28,876 nucleotides of DNA, from assembly GCA_031367385.1 (NCBI GenBank), contig JANLPS010000530.1:1-28876 (forward strand). The letters run 5' to 3'. Shown piece by piece: positions 10,899-20,697 of this stretch. Origin of the DNA: Archangium sp. (GTDB lineage: Bacteria > Myxococcota > Myxococcia > Myxococcales > Myxococcaceae). The stretch's first letter is position 1; every line of letters begins with the position of its first letter. The notes beneath the pieces were generated by a model that was not told the origin of the DNA, searched no databases, and saw only the letters and a list, made by a program, of their open reading frames with translations. The position numbers and the translations under genes were made by a program.

Positions 10899-11089
10899 TC
10901 AAGTCGGGCCTGCAGCGCGAGGTCTTCGATGCCGTTTTGCTGTGCTGCCCGCGTAAGCCGTGCATCGTCGTGAATTGGAGAAGCCCTGGCGGTCGCTGCT
11001 GCGACTCGGCCGTGTGTATCCCCGTCATTCGCAATGCGAGCACGCTCTTCACGTGCCGAGGCCGCCGGTTGTCTCTGCCCCTTTCGCAA

Positions 11090-12583
11090 TCAGCCGGCGC
11101 TGGTGGGCACGGCCGCAAAGTCGATCAGCGCGTCCGCGAGCCCCTCCATCGCCTTGATAGCGGGGACTTGTTCAGGCAGGCCCTGCAGCCACGCGGTGCC
11201 CTCGTTGACCGACTTGAAGACCCGGGTCGGAATGTTTCGAGCCATCAGGCTCTGGGCCGCCAAGAAGCTTCGAATCATCACCGCCGCGAGACCGGTCGGC
11301 GTGACGACCATGGCTTTCGAGGCGATGTGGCGCTCGAACCGGTTCTCGATTTCTTGCGCCCTCTGGTTGAGACCCTTGGGCTGCTTCTCGAAGATCGGGG
11401 CGCTCAGCAGGGCGAGGGTCGAGTACCGGGCATGGTGCATGATCACGGTGGTGAGCGCCTGCTCGAGCAAGTCCATCTGGTCGAGTGACGTTTTGCCATC
11501 GAACACCATCATCACGAGAGGGCCCGCGTGCCCAACCCGAAAGCCAGCCGTCTCAGCCAGCTTCGTCACTCGCAACCGGGTGATTTTTTTCGACGACACC
11601 GGTGTCGGCGGGAGAATCGCCGTCGCCTGAGGTGGGTCGTCTGCGGGTACGGCGGTGGGTTGAGGGCTCTTGGCGATGGCCGGCTGGGCGCCTGACACCA
11701 GCGCGACGTACTCCGCCAGCGACACGCGATTCGAGGCAGGCTGCGACTGCACGAAAGCGTCGAGTGCATCGGCAAACGCCGCCGCTGTTTGAATGCGCTT
11801 TGTGGGGTCCGGCGCCAGCGCTTTAAGCACGATGGCCTCGAGTGCAGGGCTAAACCCCGGCACGAGGGTGCTGGGCGGCGGCAAGACGCGCGCCTCGACT
11901 TTTGTGAGCAGCTCGAGGTCGCTCTTGCCGTCGAAGGCCTTGCGGCCCACGCAGACCTCCCAGAGCACGACCCCCAACGCATAGAGGTCGGCCCGCGCGT
12001 CGACCTCAAGACCGAGCACGGTCTCGGGCGCCATGTAAGCGACCTTGCCTTTGAGCACCCCTGTCTTGGTTCGAGTGCCTCGGCCGGCCGCTTTGGCGAT
12101 GCCGAAGTCGACGACCTTCACGACGCCGTCTTGGCTCACCATGATGTTTTGTGGGCTGATGTCTCGATGAATGATGCCAAGCGGGCGACCCGCTGCATCG
12201 CAGGCGGCGTGGGCCGCGTGCAGCCCTCGGGCCGCTTGTGCGATCATCGCGGCGAAGGCGACGGGTCGGTGGAGCGAGGCCCCCTTGGCCAAGCGCAAAA
12301 GGCCCGACAGGGTGTCACCTTGGATGTATTCCATGACGATGGTGGGTTCACCGTTGTCTTGGAGCACATCGAGAACGCGCACGATGTTCGGGTGCGAGAG
12401 TTGGCGAACCAACCGGCCCTCTTCAGCGAACATGCTGGCAGCGGTCTCGTCTTCGCCTACCTGGGGCAGCAGGGTCTTAAGAATGACCGGCACATCGCGC
12501 GCGACGTCTCGTGCGAGAAAGATCTCCCCCATGCCGCCAACAGCGATTCGCCGCAATCGCTCGTACTTCTGCGTGCCCACCAT
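11090..12583 (-). CDS. Hanks-type Ser/Thr protein kinase with C-terminal SpoIIAA/STAS-SEC14-like domain
   Basis: IAVGGMGEIF, VILK, HRDISPQN, VDFGIAK, YMAPE, DLYALG; start MVGTQKY at ATG 12583. The C-terminal ~130 aa end in AMVV..TGLAAVMIRSFL...PTRVFKSVNEGTAWL. No transmembrane helix is evident. Confidence 0.93.
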   Translation of the reverse strand: MVGTQKYERLRRIAVGGMGEIFLARDVARDVPVILKTLLPQVGEDETAASMFAEEGRLVRQLSHPNIVRVLDVLQDNGEPTIVMEYIQGDTLSGLLRLAKGASLHRPVAFAAMIAQAARGLHAAHAACDAAGRPLGIIHRDISPQNIMVSQDGVVKVVDFGIAKAAGRGTRTKTGVLKGKVAYMAPETVLGLEVDARADLYALGVVLWEVCVGRKAFDGKSDLELLTKVEARVLPPPSTLVPGFSPALEAIVLKALAPDPTKRIQTAAAFADALDAFVQSQPASNRVSLAEYVALVSGAQPAIAKSPQPTAVPADDPPQATAILPPTPVSSKKITRLRVTKLAETAGFRVGHAGPLVMMVFDGKTSLDQMDLLEQALTTVIMHHARYSTLALLSAPIFEKQPKGLNQRAQEIENRFERHIASKAMVVTPTGLAAVMIRSFLAAQSLMARNIPTRVFKSVNEGTAWLQGLPEQVPAIKAMEGLADALIDFAAVPTSAG

Positions 12584-12884
12584 TGGTCTACCGTAACAGA
12601 CGCCACCTTCCAATCGAACGGTCGTGCGAGCGCGTCTGGTGACAGCGCGTACGTCGACGCAGATTAACCCACAGCGCAAACCAGTGACAGCACACCGCGT
12701 GAGACGGGCAGCGGAGTGGGCGGGCCATCGCAGACGGTCTCCGACATCGACCGGGCGCTGATCGAGGCCGAGCCCGAAGCGCTCGCGACGTGGAAAGGCG
12801 TGGACCGACCGATTTCCTCCCGGGCCGCGCATGCAGCGCATGCATGACGTCGCCGAGAACCGAATGATGAGCCTGATGATGGAC

Positions 12885-12949
12885 TGCCCGACACGCTCGA
12901 TCGAAGCGCTTCGCGACGAGTGGAGAGCGACTCAGCTCAAGATCGGCCC
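12885..12949 (+). repeat. 65-bp exact direct repeat, copy 2
   Basis: Identical to 10154-10218. Confidence 0.95.
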
Positions 12950-12967
12950 AGACGGCGAGGAGGGCCG

Positions 12968-14347
12968 TCAGCTCACCGCGAACCGGGCCCGCAGCGCCCG
13001 CAGCATGCGCTCCGGCAACCCCGCCGTCGGCAGCGACACGTCGAGCGACCGCGACAGGTGCGCAGAATCAATCAGCGCCTGGCACCCCTCGGCGTCGATC
13101 GCGCACAAGTCCAAGTCGAGCTGCTGCAACGACGCGAAGCTCGGGCTGTTCGCCAACACCTGGGCGCCCGCGTTGCCGATGTCGGTTCTCGCCAGTGACA
13201 AGGCCTTCAACTTCGGGCACCCGCACAGCGCCTCGACCGAACGCGCCGTGACCGCCGTACCCTGCAACGAGAGCCGCTCGAGCGACCCATCGAGCAACGA
13301 GCACATCGTGATCACGTGCTGATCATCGACCTGGGTTTCGTTGAGCATCAGCGTCTGCAGCGAGCGGTGCCTCCTCGCCATTCGCAGCACCGAGGGGCCG
13401 ACTTCAGCCGCCGTCAACACCAGCTTCTCGAACGAGGTCGCGCTTCGGTCGACCAGCTCGCCCAGGCCCGCGTCGGTCAGGCCGGTGTAACCGAGGTCGA
13501 GGTCACGCAGCTGCAGCCCAGACGAGGCGACCACCCGCGCGCCTTCGTCTCCGAGGTGATTTGCCGCCAGCGACAACGCCGTCAGGCCTCGCAGGGTCGG
13601 CGTCGCGGTCAGCCGTTCGACCTCCCGAGGTGTCAACCGGCAGCTGCTCAGCTCGAGGGCGGTGAGGGCCGGCCATTGCACCGCTGAAAACACATCGCGC
13701 AGCCCCGCTGCGTTGTCGCCAACCGTCAGCCGCTTGAGCCCGCGTACATGCTCCGACATCAGCAGCGCGCGCAGGCCCGAATCTTCAACCTGCTCGTTGC
13801 GAAATCGCAGGTCGACCACGTTTTGCAGCACCGGCCAGCTCGCCAACGCCTCGGCCCCCTCGGTGCCAAACCCATGGGTCGCGTACTTGCGCGCGACTCG
13901 CAGCGTTCGCAGCGAAGAGAACCCGGTCAGCTTGGTCAGCTGGGCGATCGCCATGGGCGTGCCTTCGGTGAGCTCGAGCCGCGACACGGCGGTGAAGAAG
14001 GGGTCGCGCTGCAGCTCACCGAGCAACTCGACCGCCTCGGCCTTGCGTACCTCGAGGCGGGTCACGAACCCGCGATCGAACCGTCTCCAGACGATGCCCG
14101 CGTCCCACACGTGGGCTCGGCGTTGGCGCAGGGTCTGCTCGGCCGCTCGCTCGCGTTGCTTGAGCTGCGAGTACTCAAGGCTCGAGGTCTGCCCTTGCCG
14201 CTCATACTGGGCCAGCTGGCACTGCACGACGATGAGCTCACCCTGGGGGTCGCCCGTCTCGCAGAGCAGGTCGGCGTACACCAGGCGCGCCGCCTCGTGA
14301 GCGGGCGACCTCAGCACGGCAGCCAGCGCGTCTGCTTGTGTCGGCAT
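12968..14347 (-). CDS. TIGR02996 repeat-companion domain protein with leucine-rich repeats
   Basis: N-terminal [38 protein letters not shown] and FDRGFV, followed by many LxxLxLxxNxLGDxGA-type LRR units. Confidence 0.9.
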   Translation of the reverse strand: MPTQADALAAVLRSPAHEAARLVYADLLCETGDPQGELIVVQCQLAQYERQGQTSSLEYSQLKQRERAAEQTLRQRRAHVWDAGIVWRRFDRGFVTRLEVRKAEAVELLGELQRDPFFTAVSRLELTEGTPMAIAQLTKLTGFSSLRTLRVARKYATHGFGTEGAEALASWPVLQNVVDLRFRNEQVEDSGLRALLMSEHVRGLKRLTVGDNAAGLRDVFSAVQWPALTALELSSCRLTPREVERLTATPTLRGLTALSLAANHLGDEGARVVASSGLQLRDLDLGYTGLTDAGLGELVDRSATSFEKLVLTAAEVGPSVLRMARRHRSLQTLMLNETQVDDQHVITMCSLLDGSLERLSLQGTAVTARSVEALCGCPKLKALSLARTDIGNAGAQVLANSPSFASLQQLDLDLCAIDAEGCQALIDSAHLSRSLDVSLPTAGLPERMLRALRARFAVS

Positions 14348-14482
14348 GACAACCCCTCAGCCTCAAAGAGCACCCATCCATGCTCCCGCCCGCCTCATGC
14401 CCCGAATCGACCGCCCTCGGCAACATCAACCGACGCCGATGGGTCTTGTTCGAGGCGGGCTTCACTTGTAGGTCGCAATGCC

Positions 14483-15883
14483 ATGCAGACCATCTCCGTC
14501 AGCAAAGCGCTCAGTGGCTCGGTCCCCGTGAACTCGAAGGTCGAAGTGCGGGGCTGGGTGCGCACCCGGCGCGACTCCAAGGCCGGCATCTCGTTCATCA
14601 ACGTCACCGATGGCAGCTGCCAAGACCCGATTCAGGCGGTCGCCCCGAATACGCTGGCGAATTACCAGAGCCAGGTGCTGCACCTCACGGCTGGCGCCTC
14701 GGTCATCGCCCGCGGCACCCTCGTGCAGTCGCAAGGCAAGGGCCAGTCGATGGAGATTCAGGCCGATGAAGTCATCGTGCTCGGCCTCGTCGATGACCCC
14801 GAGACGTACCCGATTCAGCCCAAGCAACACACGATGGAGTTCTTGCGCGAGGTCGCTCACCTGCGCCCCCGCACCAACACCTTCGGCGCCGTCACCCGAG
14901 TTCGCCACCACGCCGCGCAGGCGATTCACCGCTTCTTTCACGAAGAGGGCTTCTTCTGGGTCAACACGCCGATCATCACCGCCGCCGATGCCGAAGGCGC
15001 CGGGCAGATGTTTCGGGTCTCGACGTTAGATCTCGCCAACCTGCCGCGCGACGACAAGGGCAAGATCGACTGGCACAAAGACTTCTTCGGCAAGGAGACC
15101 TACCTCACCGTCTCGGGCCAGCTCAACGTCGAGGCGTACTGCTTGGCGCTCTCGAAGGTCTACACCTTCGGCCCCACCTTTCGCGCCGAGAACTCGAACA
15201 CCACCCGGCACCTCGCCGAGTTTTGGATGATCGAGCCCGAGATCGCCTTCGCCGACTTGAACGACGACGCGAACCTCGCTGAGCGGTTCTTGAAGTACGT
15301 GTTCAAGGCGATTCTCAACGAGCGAATGGACGATTTGAAGTTTTTCGAGGAGCGCGTTCAGAAGGGCGTGATTGCTCGGCTCGAGACGTTCGTGAATTCA
15401 CCCTTCGAGCGCATCGATTACACGCAGGCGATCGAGATCTTGCAGAAGTCGAAGAAGAAGTTCGATTACCAAATCGAGTGGGGCAAAGACCTGCAGACCG
15501 AGCACGAGCGCTACCTGACCGAGGAGCACGTCGGCCGCCCGGTGGTGGTGATGAATTACCCCGAGCAGATCAAGGCCTTCTACATGCGCATGAACGACGA
15601 CGGCAAAACCGTCGCCGCGATGGACGTGTTGGCCCCCGGCATCGGAGAGATCATCGGCGGCTCGCAGCGTGAAGAGCGGCTCGAGTTGCTCGACGCGCGC
15701 ATGCGCAAAATGCACCTCGACCCCGCGCATTACGGTTGGTACCGAGACCTGCGCCGCTACGGCTCGGTGCCGCACGCGGGCTTCGGCTTGGGCTTCGAGC
15801 GGTTGATCGTTTACTTGTGTGGCTTGCAGAATATTCGCGACGCGATTCCGTACCCGCGCGTGCCTGGCTGGGCGAACTTCTAA
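14483..15883 (+). CDS. asnS: Asparagine--tRNA ligase
   Basis: 466 aa. [14 protein letters not shown] fold, [71 protein letters not shown]. Confidence 0.98.
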   Translation: MQTISVSKALSGSVPVNSKVEVRGWVRTRRDSKAGISFINVTDGSCQDPIQAVAPNTLANYQSQVLHLTAGASVIARGTLVQSQGKGQSMEIQADEVIVLGLVDDPETYPIQPKQHTMEFLREVAHLRPRTNTFGAVTRVRHHAAQAIHRFFHEEGFFWVNTPIITAADAEGAGQMFRVSTLDLANLPRDDKGKIDWHKDFFGKETYLTVSGQLNVEAYCLALSKVYTFGPTFRAENSNTTRHLAEFWMIEPEIAFADLNDDANLAERFLKYVFKAILNERMDDLKFFEERVQKGVIARLETFVNSPFERIDYTQAIEILQKSKKKFDYQIEWGKDLQTEHERYLTEEHVGRPVVVMNYPEQIKAFYMRMNDDGKTVAAMDVLAPGIGEIIGGSQREERLELLDARMRKMHLDPAHYGWYRDLRRYGSVPHAGFGLGFERLIVYLCGLQNIRDAIPYPRVPGWANF

Positions 15884-15890
15884 CGAAACG

Positions 15891-17411
15891 TCACCGCTCG
15901 ATCGCGATTCGCAGTGCGCCAGCCATCGGGTTGGCCACCCCGAGCGAGTCGAGCGCCGGAGGCACCCGGTACACCACCACCCGCCGGCCATCAGCCAGAA
16001 ACCCGAGCTTCGGGCTCCACCCACCAGCAGGGTCAACCAGCGTCTCACGCCAATTGAAGTTGATTCGCTGAGTCACCCGCAGCTCGTCTTCGCTCTGCAG
16101 GCAGCTGTTCTCGCTCACGCCATTTCGCCCAGAGCACACCGAGAACGCGATGCACGGCTCGCGGTACCTCGGGTCGAAGGCCAGCGACGGGTACCAGCCA
16201 CCGGTACCGGAGCCGAAGACAGCCTCGGCGCTCGCCCAGTCATCGCCATTCGGTGACTCGAAGTATTGCAGCTGCGAGGTGCTTCGATCTGTCACCGCGA
16301 TGGCAAAGCCCGCGTCACCCTGGCCAGCGAGGCTCGCTCCGGTCATCGTGTTCGAGATGAACGCGATTTGTTTGCCAGCCGACCAGGTGCCACTGGCACT
16401 TCGATGCTGAAAGTAAACGTTCTGCCCAGGAGCGTCGGCGGCCCCGAAGGCCTGGTCGTACACGACGCCGGGTTGGTCAGAGGGGCTCATCGCCAGCTGA
16501 AGTCGGCCACCGTACGCTTGCTTGTGATCGCCGGTCAGACACCGCCGGGTCAGGCTCGTCTCACCGGCGCCCTCGAGCACCTCGACGTCTGAAGCGGCCC
16601 AATCTTGAATTGGAAACGCGCCGTTGTGGCCGTCGCGAAAGCCAAGGTAGAGCGCGCCATTCGAATCGAACGAGAGGCTCGACCACAGGCCCACCAAGAA
16701 CCCCTGATCGATGGGGCTGCACATCGGAGGCGCTGAATCGTACGCCGCTGTGCGCTGCGACCAGAGAGTGCTCAAGCCCGAACGCCTCGCGACGACGGCG
16801 TCGTTCTGAGGCCAGCTGAGAGACCCTCCGTCACCACCACCCAGAAACGCCGCCACCGGCTCGCGGCTGATCGGGTCGAAGGCCAGCGAAACCCCCACCA
16901 CGCGCTGCACGGTTTGAACGGTCTGCGGTACCGAGATTTGGCCATCGTGCCACTCGACGTACCGCAGCTCGAAGTCTGGGCCTCCGTCTGAGGTGAAGTA
17001 GACGACGCCTACGCGCCCCGCCGAGGGCTCGATGGCCATCGCCAGGCTGAGCGTGCCGCGTGCGGTCGAGTCGAGCGCGGCCAGCTCGAACGCGCCCGAG
17101 CCTGCGTCGCGAAGACCCGCGTCGCCCAAGCCGCCATCGCCGCTGGCGAGCCCCGAATCAGTGGTGCCGGTGCCAGAGTCTGCCCCGCTGATGCCTGAAT
17201 CGGTCGCCCCCGCATCGACGTGGCCCGCGTCAGCAGCGACGACCCCGGAGTCCGCGCCCGAAGCACCAGCATCACCGCCGCCGAGCCCACCAGCGTCGCG
17301 CGAGCCCGCGTCAACTCGCAGCACCCCGGAGTCGAGCGCCTCGCCGGGACCAACCTGAGGGCACGCGGCGATCAACAGCCCCAACCACGCCCAACGCACG
17401 ATGCAGTTCAT
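15891..17411 (-). CDS. Predicted lipoprotein with D(A/S)G low-complexity linker and beta-propeller-like domain
   Basis: ATG at 17411 gives MNCIVRWAWLGLLIAAC (lipobox IAAC). More than ten DAG/DSG/DGG motifs follow, then repeated xSLAFD blades (GVSLAFDP, WSSLSFDS, YPSLAFDP). The longer ORF start at 17747 runs through the 42-bp repeat and is probably not used. Confidence 0.85.
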   Translation of the reverse strand: MNCIVRWAWLGLLIAACPQVGPGEALDSGVLRVDAGSRDAGGLGGGDAGASGADSGVVAADAGHVDAGATDSGISGADSGTGTTDSGLASGDGGLGDAGLRDAGSGAFELAALDSTARGTLSLAMAIEPSAGRVGVVYFTSDGGPDFELRYVEWHDGQISVPQTVQTVQRVVGVSLAFDPISREPVAAFLGGGDGGSLSWPQNDAVVARRSGLSTLWSQRTAAYDSAPPMCSPIDQGFLVGLWSSLSFDSNGALYLGFRDGHNGAFPIQDWAASDVEVLEGAGETSLTRRCLTGDHKQAYGGRLQLAMSPSDQPGVVYDQAFGAADAPGQNVYFQHRSASGTWSAGKQIAFISNTMTGASLAGQGDAGFAIAVTDRSTSQLQYFESPNGDDWASAEAVFGSGTGGWYPSLAFDPRYREPCIAFSVCSGRNGVSENSCLQSEDELRVTQRINFNWRETLVDPAGGWSPKLGFLADGRRVVVYRVPPALDSLGVANPMAGALRIAIER

Positions 17412-17464
17412 GTCGCGGCGCTTACCATGGTCAACCGTTCGACCTGCGCCACCACAAGTGGTGC

Positions 17465-17632
17465 CGAGACCCCGAATTCGATGCTCCGCGGAACCAGCAG
17501 AGGCTGCGAAACCCTGAATTCGATGCCCCGCGGTACCAGCAGAGGCTGCGAGACCCTGAATTCGATGCTCCGCGTTACCAGCAGAGGCTGCGAAACCCTG
17601 AATTCGATGCTCCGCGACACCACCAGAGGCAA
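17465..17632. repeat. 42-bp tandem repeat, four copies with degenerate flanking units
   Basis: Units at 17465, 17507, 17549 and 17591; consensus cgaRaccctgaattcgatgctccgcgNNaccagcagaggctg. No spacers. Confidence 0.95.
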
Positions 17633-17877
17633 CGCAAGGCCAAGAATTCAGCCTCATTCTCGAGTCTTGCGCCGCGGAGCGATGCTCGGGTGCGTCGCCG
17701 TCGCGGTGCCGGGCTTTGCAGTGTCGCTGCCCCTGTGTTTCTCGCAATGAAGGCCGAGTTTCAGGTGGTTAGCCTCGAAGAAGGAGCAACAGGGTAAAGT
17801 CTGTCACCGCCCTCGCCCGAATCCACCGGCCTTCTGAGGTAGCCGCCGTCACACCGGGCGTGAGACTGTTGGCCTTC

Positions 17878-19290
17878 ATGCGCCGCTCCGTTCGAGCCAG
17901 ACTGTGGGCCCTCGCAGCGGCCCTCGCGTTGTCGGCCTGTCGCGCGACCAGCCCCGTCGACGTCTATGCCTGCGAACCCGACGGCACGTGCCCCTCCGGA
18001 GGCCAGTGCTGCGCCGATCGGTTCTGCCGAGCCTCCTGTGACGCACCCGCCGACGCCGGCGCTGCCGACGCGGGCCCAGCGCGCGATGCCGGCCCCGCGA
18101 CGCCTGACGCGAGCGTCCCGGTCGACTCCGGCGTGCTGGTCATCGCCGACGGGGGCAGCTGCCATGACGGCGATCTCTGCTCCACCAACACCAACCCGTG
18201 CCGCGCGGGGTACGCGGTCTGCGCGACCCAATCATGCGTCGACTCCGCGGCGGTCATTCGCTCACCCGGAGAGCCCTGCGGCGTGAACAAGACCTGCACC
18301 GACACCGGCGGCTGCGAGCTGTGCTTCGCCGGTCGCAGCTGCGGCAGCAACGTGAACACCTGCCGGTCGGGCATCACCGCGTGCACCACCGGCAGAGAAG
18401 TCTGCACCGATGGCAACGAGCTCGACGCCGGCACGCCCTGCGGCAGAAGCGGGCAGTGCATGAGCGGCGGCGTCTGCAACCAATGCCCCGGAGGCTCGGT
18501 TTGCGCGACCAACCCCAACCCGTGCAAGAGCGGCATGTGCTCGGCCGTCAGCGGCGCGTGCTCCGACTCGGCCACCGACAAGCCGCTCGGCACGGGCTGC
18601 GATGGAGGCTTCTGCAGCGGCACCGGCGCCTGTACCAGCTGCCCACTGGGCACCGCCTGCACCACCAACCCCACCGCCCCCTGTCGCAAAGGGGCCTGGG
18701 CTCGCAAACTCAACCTCTGCTCCTGCGAAGATGCCGCCTCGGCTCCTGACAACACCAACTGCCCCGGTGGGTACTGCAGCAAGGGCACGTGCGTAGCCTG
18801 CGTCAATGGCACTTCGTGCTCGAACAACCCCTGCTATCCCGCGACACTCCAGTATTCGGGAGGGGTGTGTCAGTGCGTTCCCGGTACCGTTGCCGCCAAC
18901 GGCGCTCCATGCCCGCTTGGTGCATGCGCCGCGGGCACCTGCTGCACCGGCTGTGTACTCACCGCTGGCGCCGACAGCTGCTACCCGGGCGGCGATTTCA
19001 ATGCCTGCGGCGCGGGCGGAGGCGTGTGCGCAAGCTGCAATGTCGCCACCTCATACGGCCCCTGCGTGTACGCCAGCCTCTGCTCGACGACCGGCGATCG
19101 CGACATTTTCAACGGGAGCTGCAGCGCCCAGCACGCGTGCGAGGTCGTCAAGACGGGCGTCGAGGTCGCTTCGCCAGCGTGCAACCGGGTCACCGACGGC
19201 GACATCTGCAGCAACGGGTGCGGCACCTTTCAGTGCGGCGCGAAATGCGGCGGCGGTACCTGCAGCGTTCAGTGCGGCGGCGCCTGCTAA
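17878..19290 (+). CDS. Cys-rich predicted lipoprotein
   Basis: MRRSVRARLWALAAALALSAC (lipobox LSAC), a small Cys module, a DAG linker, then repeated CxxNxNPCxxG..C...C.D.....GxxC units up to the stop. Confidence 0.88.
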   Translation: MRRSVRARLWALAAALALSACRATSPVDVYACEPDGTCPSGGQCCADRFCRASCDAPADAGAADAGPARDAGPATPDASVPVDSGVLVIADGGSCHDGDLCSTNTNPCRAGYAVCATQSCVDSAAVIRSPGEPCGVNKTCTDTGGCELCFAGRSCGSNVNTCRSGITACTTGREVCTDGNELDAGTPCGRSGQCMSGGVCNQCPGGSVCATNPNPCKSGMCSAVSGACSDSATDKPLGTGCDGGFCSGTGACTSCPLGTACTTNPTAPCRKGAWARKLNLCSCEDAASAPDNTNCPGGYCSKGTCVACVNGTSCSNNPCYPATLQYSGGVCQCVPGTVAANGAPCPLGACAAGTCCTGCVLTAGADSCYPGGDFNACGAGGGVCASCNVATSYGPCVYASLCSTTGDRDIFNGSCSAQHACEVVKTGVEVASPACNRVTDGDICSNGCGTFQCGAKCGGGTCSVQCGGAC

Positions 19291-19335
19291 CCAGGCAGAG
19301 ACAAGCGTGCGAAGTCGTGGTGAATACGACGCGCC

Positions 19336-20697
19336 GTGAGTGAAGATCTCGAAGACGCCCTCCAGGAGCTCGAAGCCGGCGGTGAGTCGCCGGTCTACCT
19401 GCTCGCAGGCGAAGAATACCTGGTGCGCAAGGCCGCCGAGACCCTGCTCGCCAAGCTCGTGCCCGGTGGCACCGCCGACCTGAACCTCGTCACGATGGAC
19501 GGTGCGTCTCCCCGCGACATCGCCTCTGAGCTCGCCACCTTGCCGATGTTCGGAGGCCGCAAGGTGGTCTTCGCCCGCGACCCTGAGTTTCTCGCTCCGA
19601 AAAAAGGCCGCGTCGATGCCCTCGGCCGCGCCCGCGACGCGTGGAAGGCGAATCGTAAAAAAGAGGCCGCTCGCCGGGTGCTCTCGGTCGCCGCCAGAGC
19701 AGGGTGGGGCGCCGGTGACTTAGACCCGTCGCGTGACGGCGCGCCCAAACCCGAAGACTGGGACCGCGAGCTTGGTATTCAGCTCGCTGAGCTCGACGTC
19801 GCGTTCTTGAAAGAGATCGCCGCGTTCTGCGTGAGCGAGGGCATCTCGGCCCCCTCGAGCGATGACACCGTGCTCAGCGATTGGCTCGGCAAGAAGCCGT
19901 CGAAGGGCCAGGTGCTCGTCATCGCCGCCAGCGAGCTCGAGGCCAAGAACGCGTTCGTCAAGCTGGTCAAAGACGAGGCCCGGTTTCTCGAGTTCAAGGT
20001 CGCCGCGAAGCTCAAAGATCTCGATTTGACCCAGTTCGTCGGCGAGACCTTGGGGCCGTACAAGAAGAAGCTCGGCCCCGGAGCGCTCGAGACGCTCAAA
20101 GAACGGGTCGGCGGCAATTTCCGCCTGCTCCAGAGCGAGCTGACCAAGCTGGCGCTGCACGCCGAAGGCGCCACCATCACGGTCAAAGACATCGAGCTGC
20201 TGGTTGGGCACGCGCGCGAAGACGAGTACTTCGAGCTCTCTGACGCGATTCAGAAGCGCAACTACGAAGCGGCGATGAAGTACGTCGAAGATGCACTGGC
20301 CCAGGGCGCTCACCCACTGATGATGCTGGGCTCGGTCGGCGGCATCGTTCGCAATCTGCTGATGAGCTACGAGCGCATGATGCAGCTCTCGGGTGGCAAA
20401 CCCCCGCGCAACTACAACGACTTTCAGGCTCGCCTCTGGCCGAAGATCGAGGCCGAGACCAAGGCCGCCAAGGCCCGCTTGCCCCACCCCTACGCCGCGT
20501 TCATGGGCATGCAGTCGGCCGCGAGCTACGGCCGTCAGGAGTTGCTCCGCGCGCTCGTCTCGTGTGCCGAAGCCGACCTCGCCTTGAAGCTCGGCGGCGG
20601 GGAGCTCGTGCTCGAACGCCTGGTATGGACGCTCTGTGGCAAAGCCACCGCGTGGGACTCGGGCATGCACCTGATTCGCCGCGAAAACGAGCGCTGA
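19336..20697 (+). CDS. holA: DNA polymerase III subunit delta
   Basis: SPVYLLAGEEYLV, TLPMFGGRKVV, VGGNFRLLQSELTKLAL, ITVKDIELLV, FELSDAI, ADLALK. No Walker A motif or Zn module, so HolA rather than HolB. Confidence 0.9.
   Translation: MSEDLEDALQELEAGGESPVYLLAGEEYLVRKAAETLLAKLVPGGTADLNLVTMDGASPRDIASELATLPMFGGRKVVFARDPEFLAPKKGRVDALGRARDAWKANRKKEAARRVLSVAARAGWGAGDLDPSRDGAPKPEDWDRELGIQLAELDVAFLKEIAAFCVSEGISAPSSDDTVLSDWLGKKPSKGQVLVIAASELEAKNAFVKLVKDEARFLEFKVAAKLKDLDLTQFVGETLGPYKKKLGPGALETLKERVGGNFRLLQSELTKLALHAEGATITVKDIELLVGHAREDEYFELSDAIQKRNYEAAMKYVEDALAQGAHPLMMLGSVGGIVRNLLMSYERMMQLSGGKPPRNYNDFQARLWPKIEAETKAAKARLPHPYAAFMGMQSAASYGRQELLRALVSCAEADLALKLGGGELVLERLVWTLCGKATAWDSGMHLIRRENER

Noticed and set aside
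10154..12949. attL/attR pair of an integrated element
   Set aside because: No integrase or tRNA target, and the left copy is fused to a kinase fragment by microhomology, which a duplication junction explains better.
13748..14482. 245-aa N-terminal extension of AsnS (ORF track start 13748)
   Set aside because: It is antisense shadow of the LRR gene; the ATG at 14483 gives a canonical 466-aa AsnRS.
14348..14482. T-box riboswitch upstream of asnS
   Set aside because: The spacer is only 135 bp and has no UGGNACC T-box motif or terminator.
17465..17632. CRISPR array
   Set aside because: Units are contiguous and near-identical along their whole length, with no unique spacers and no cas genes in the window.
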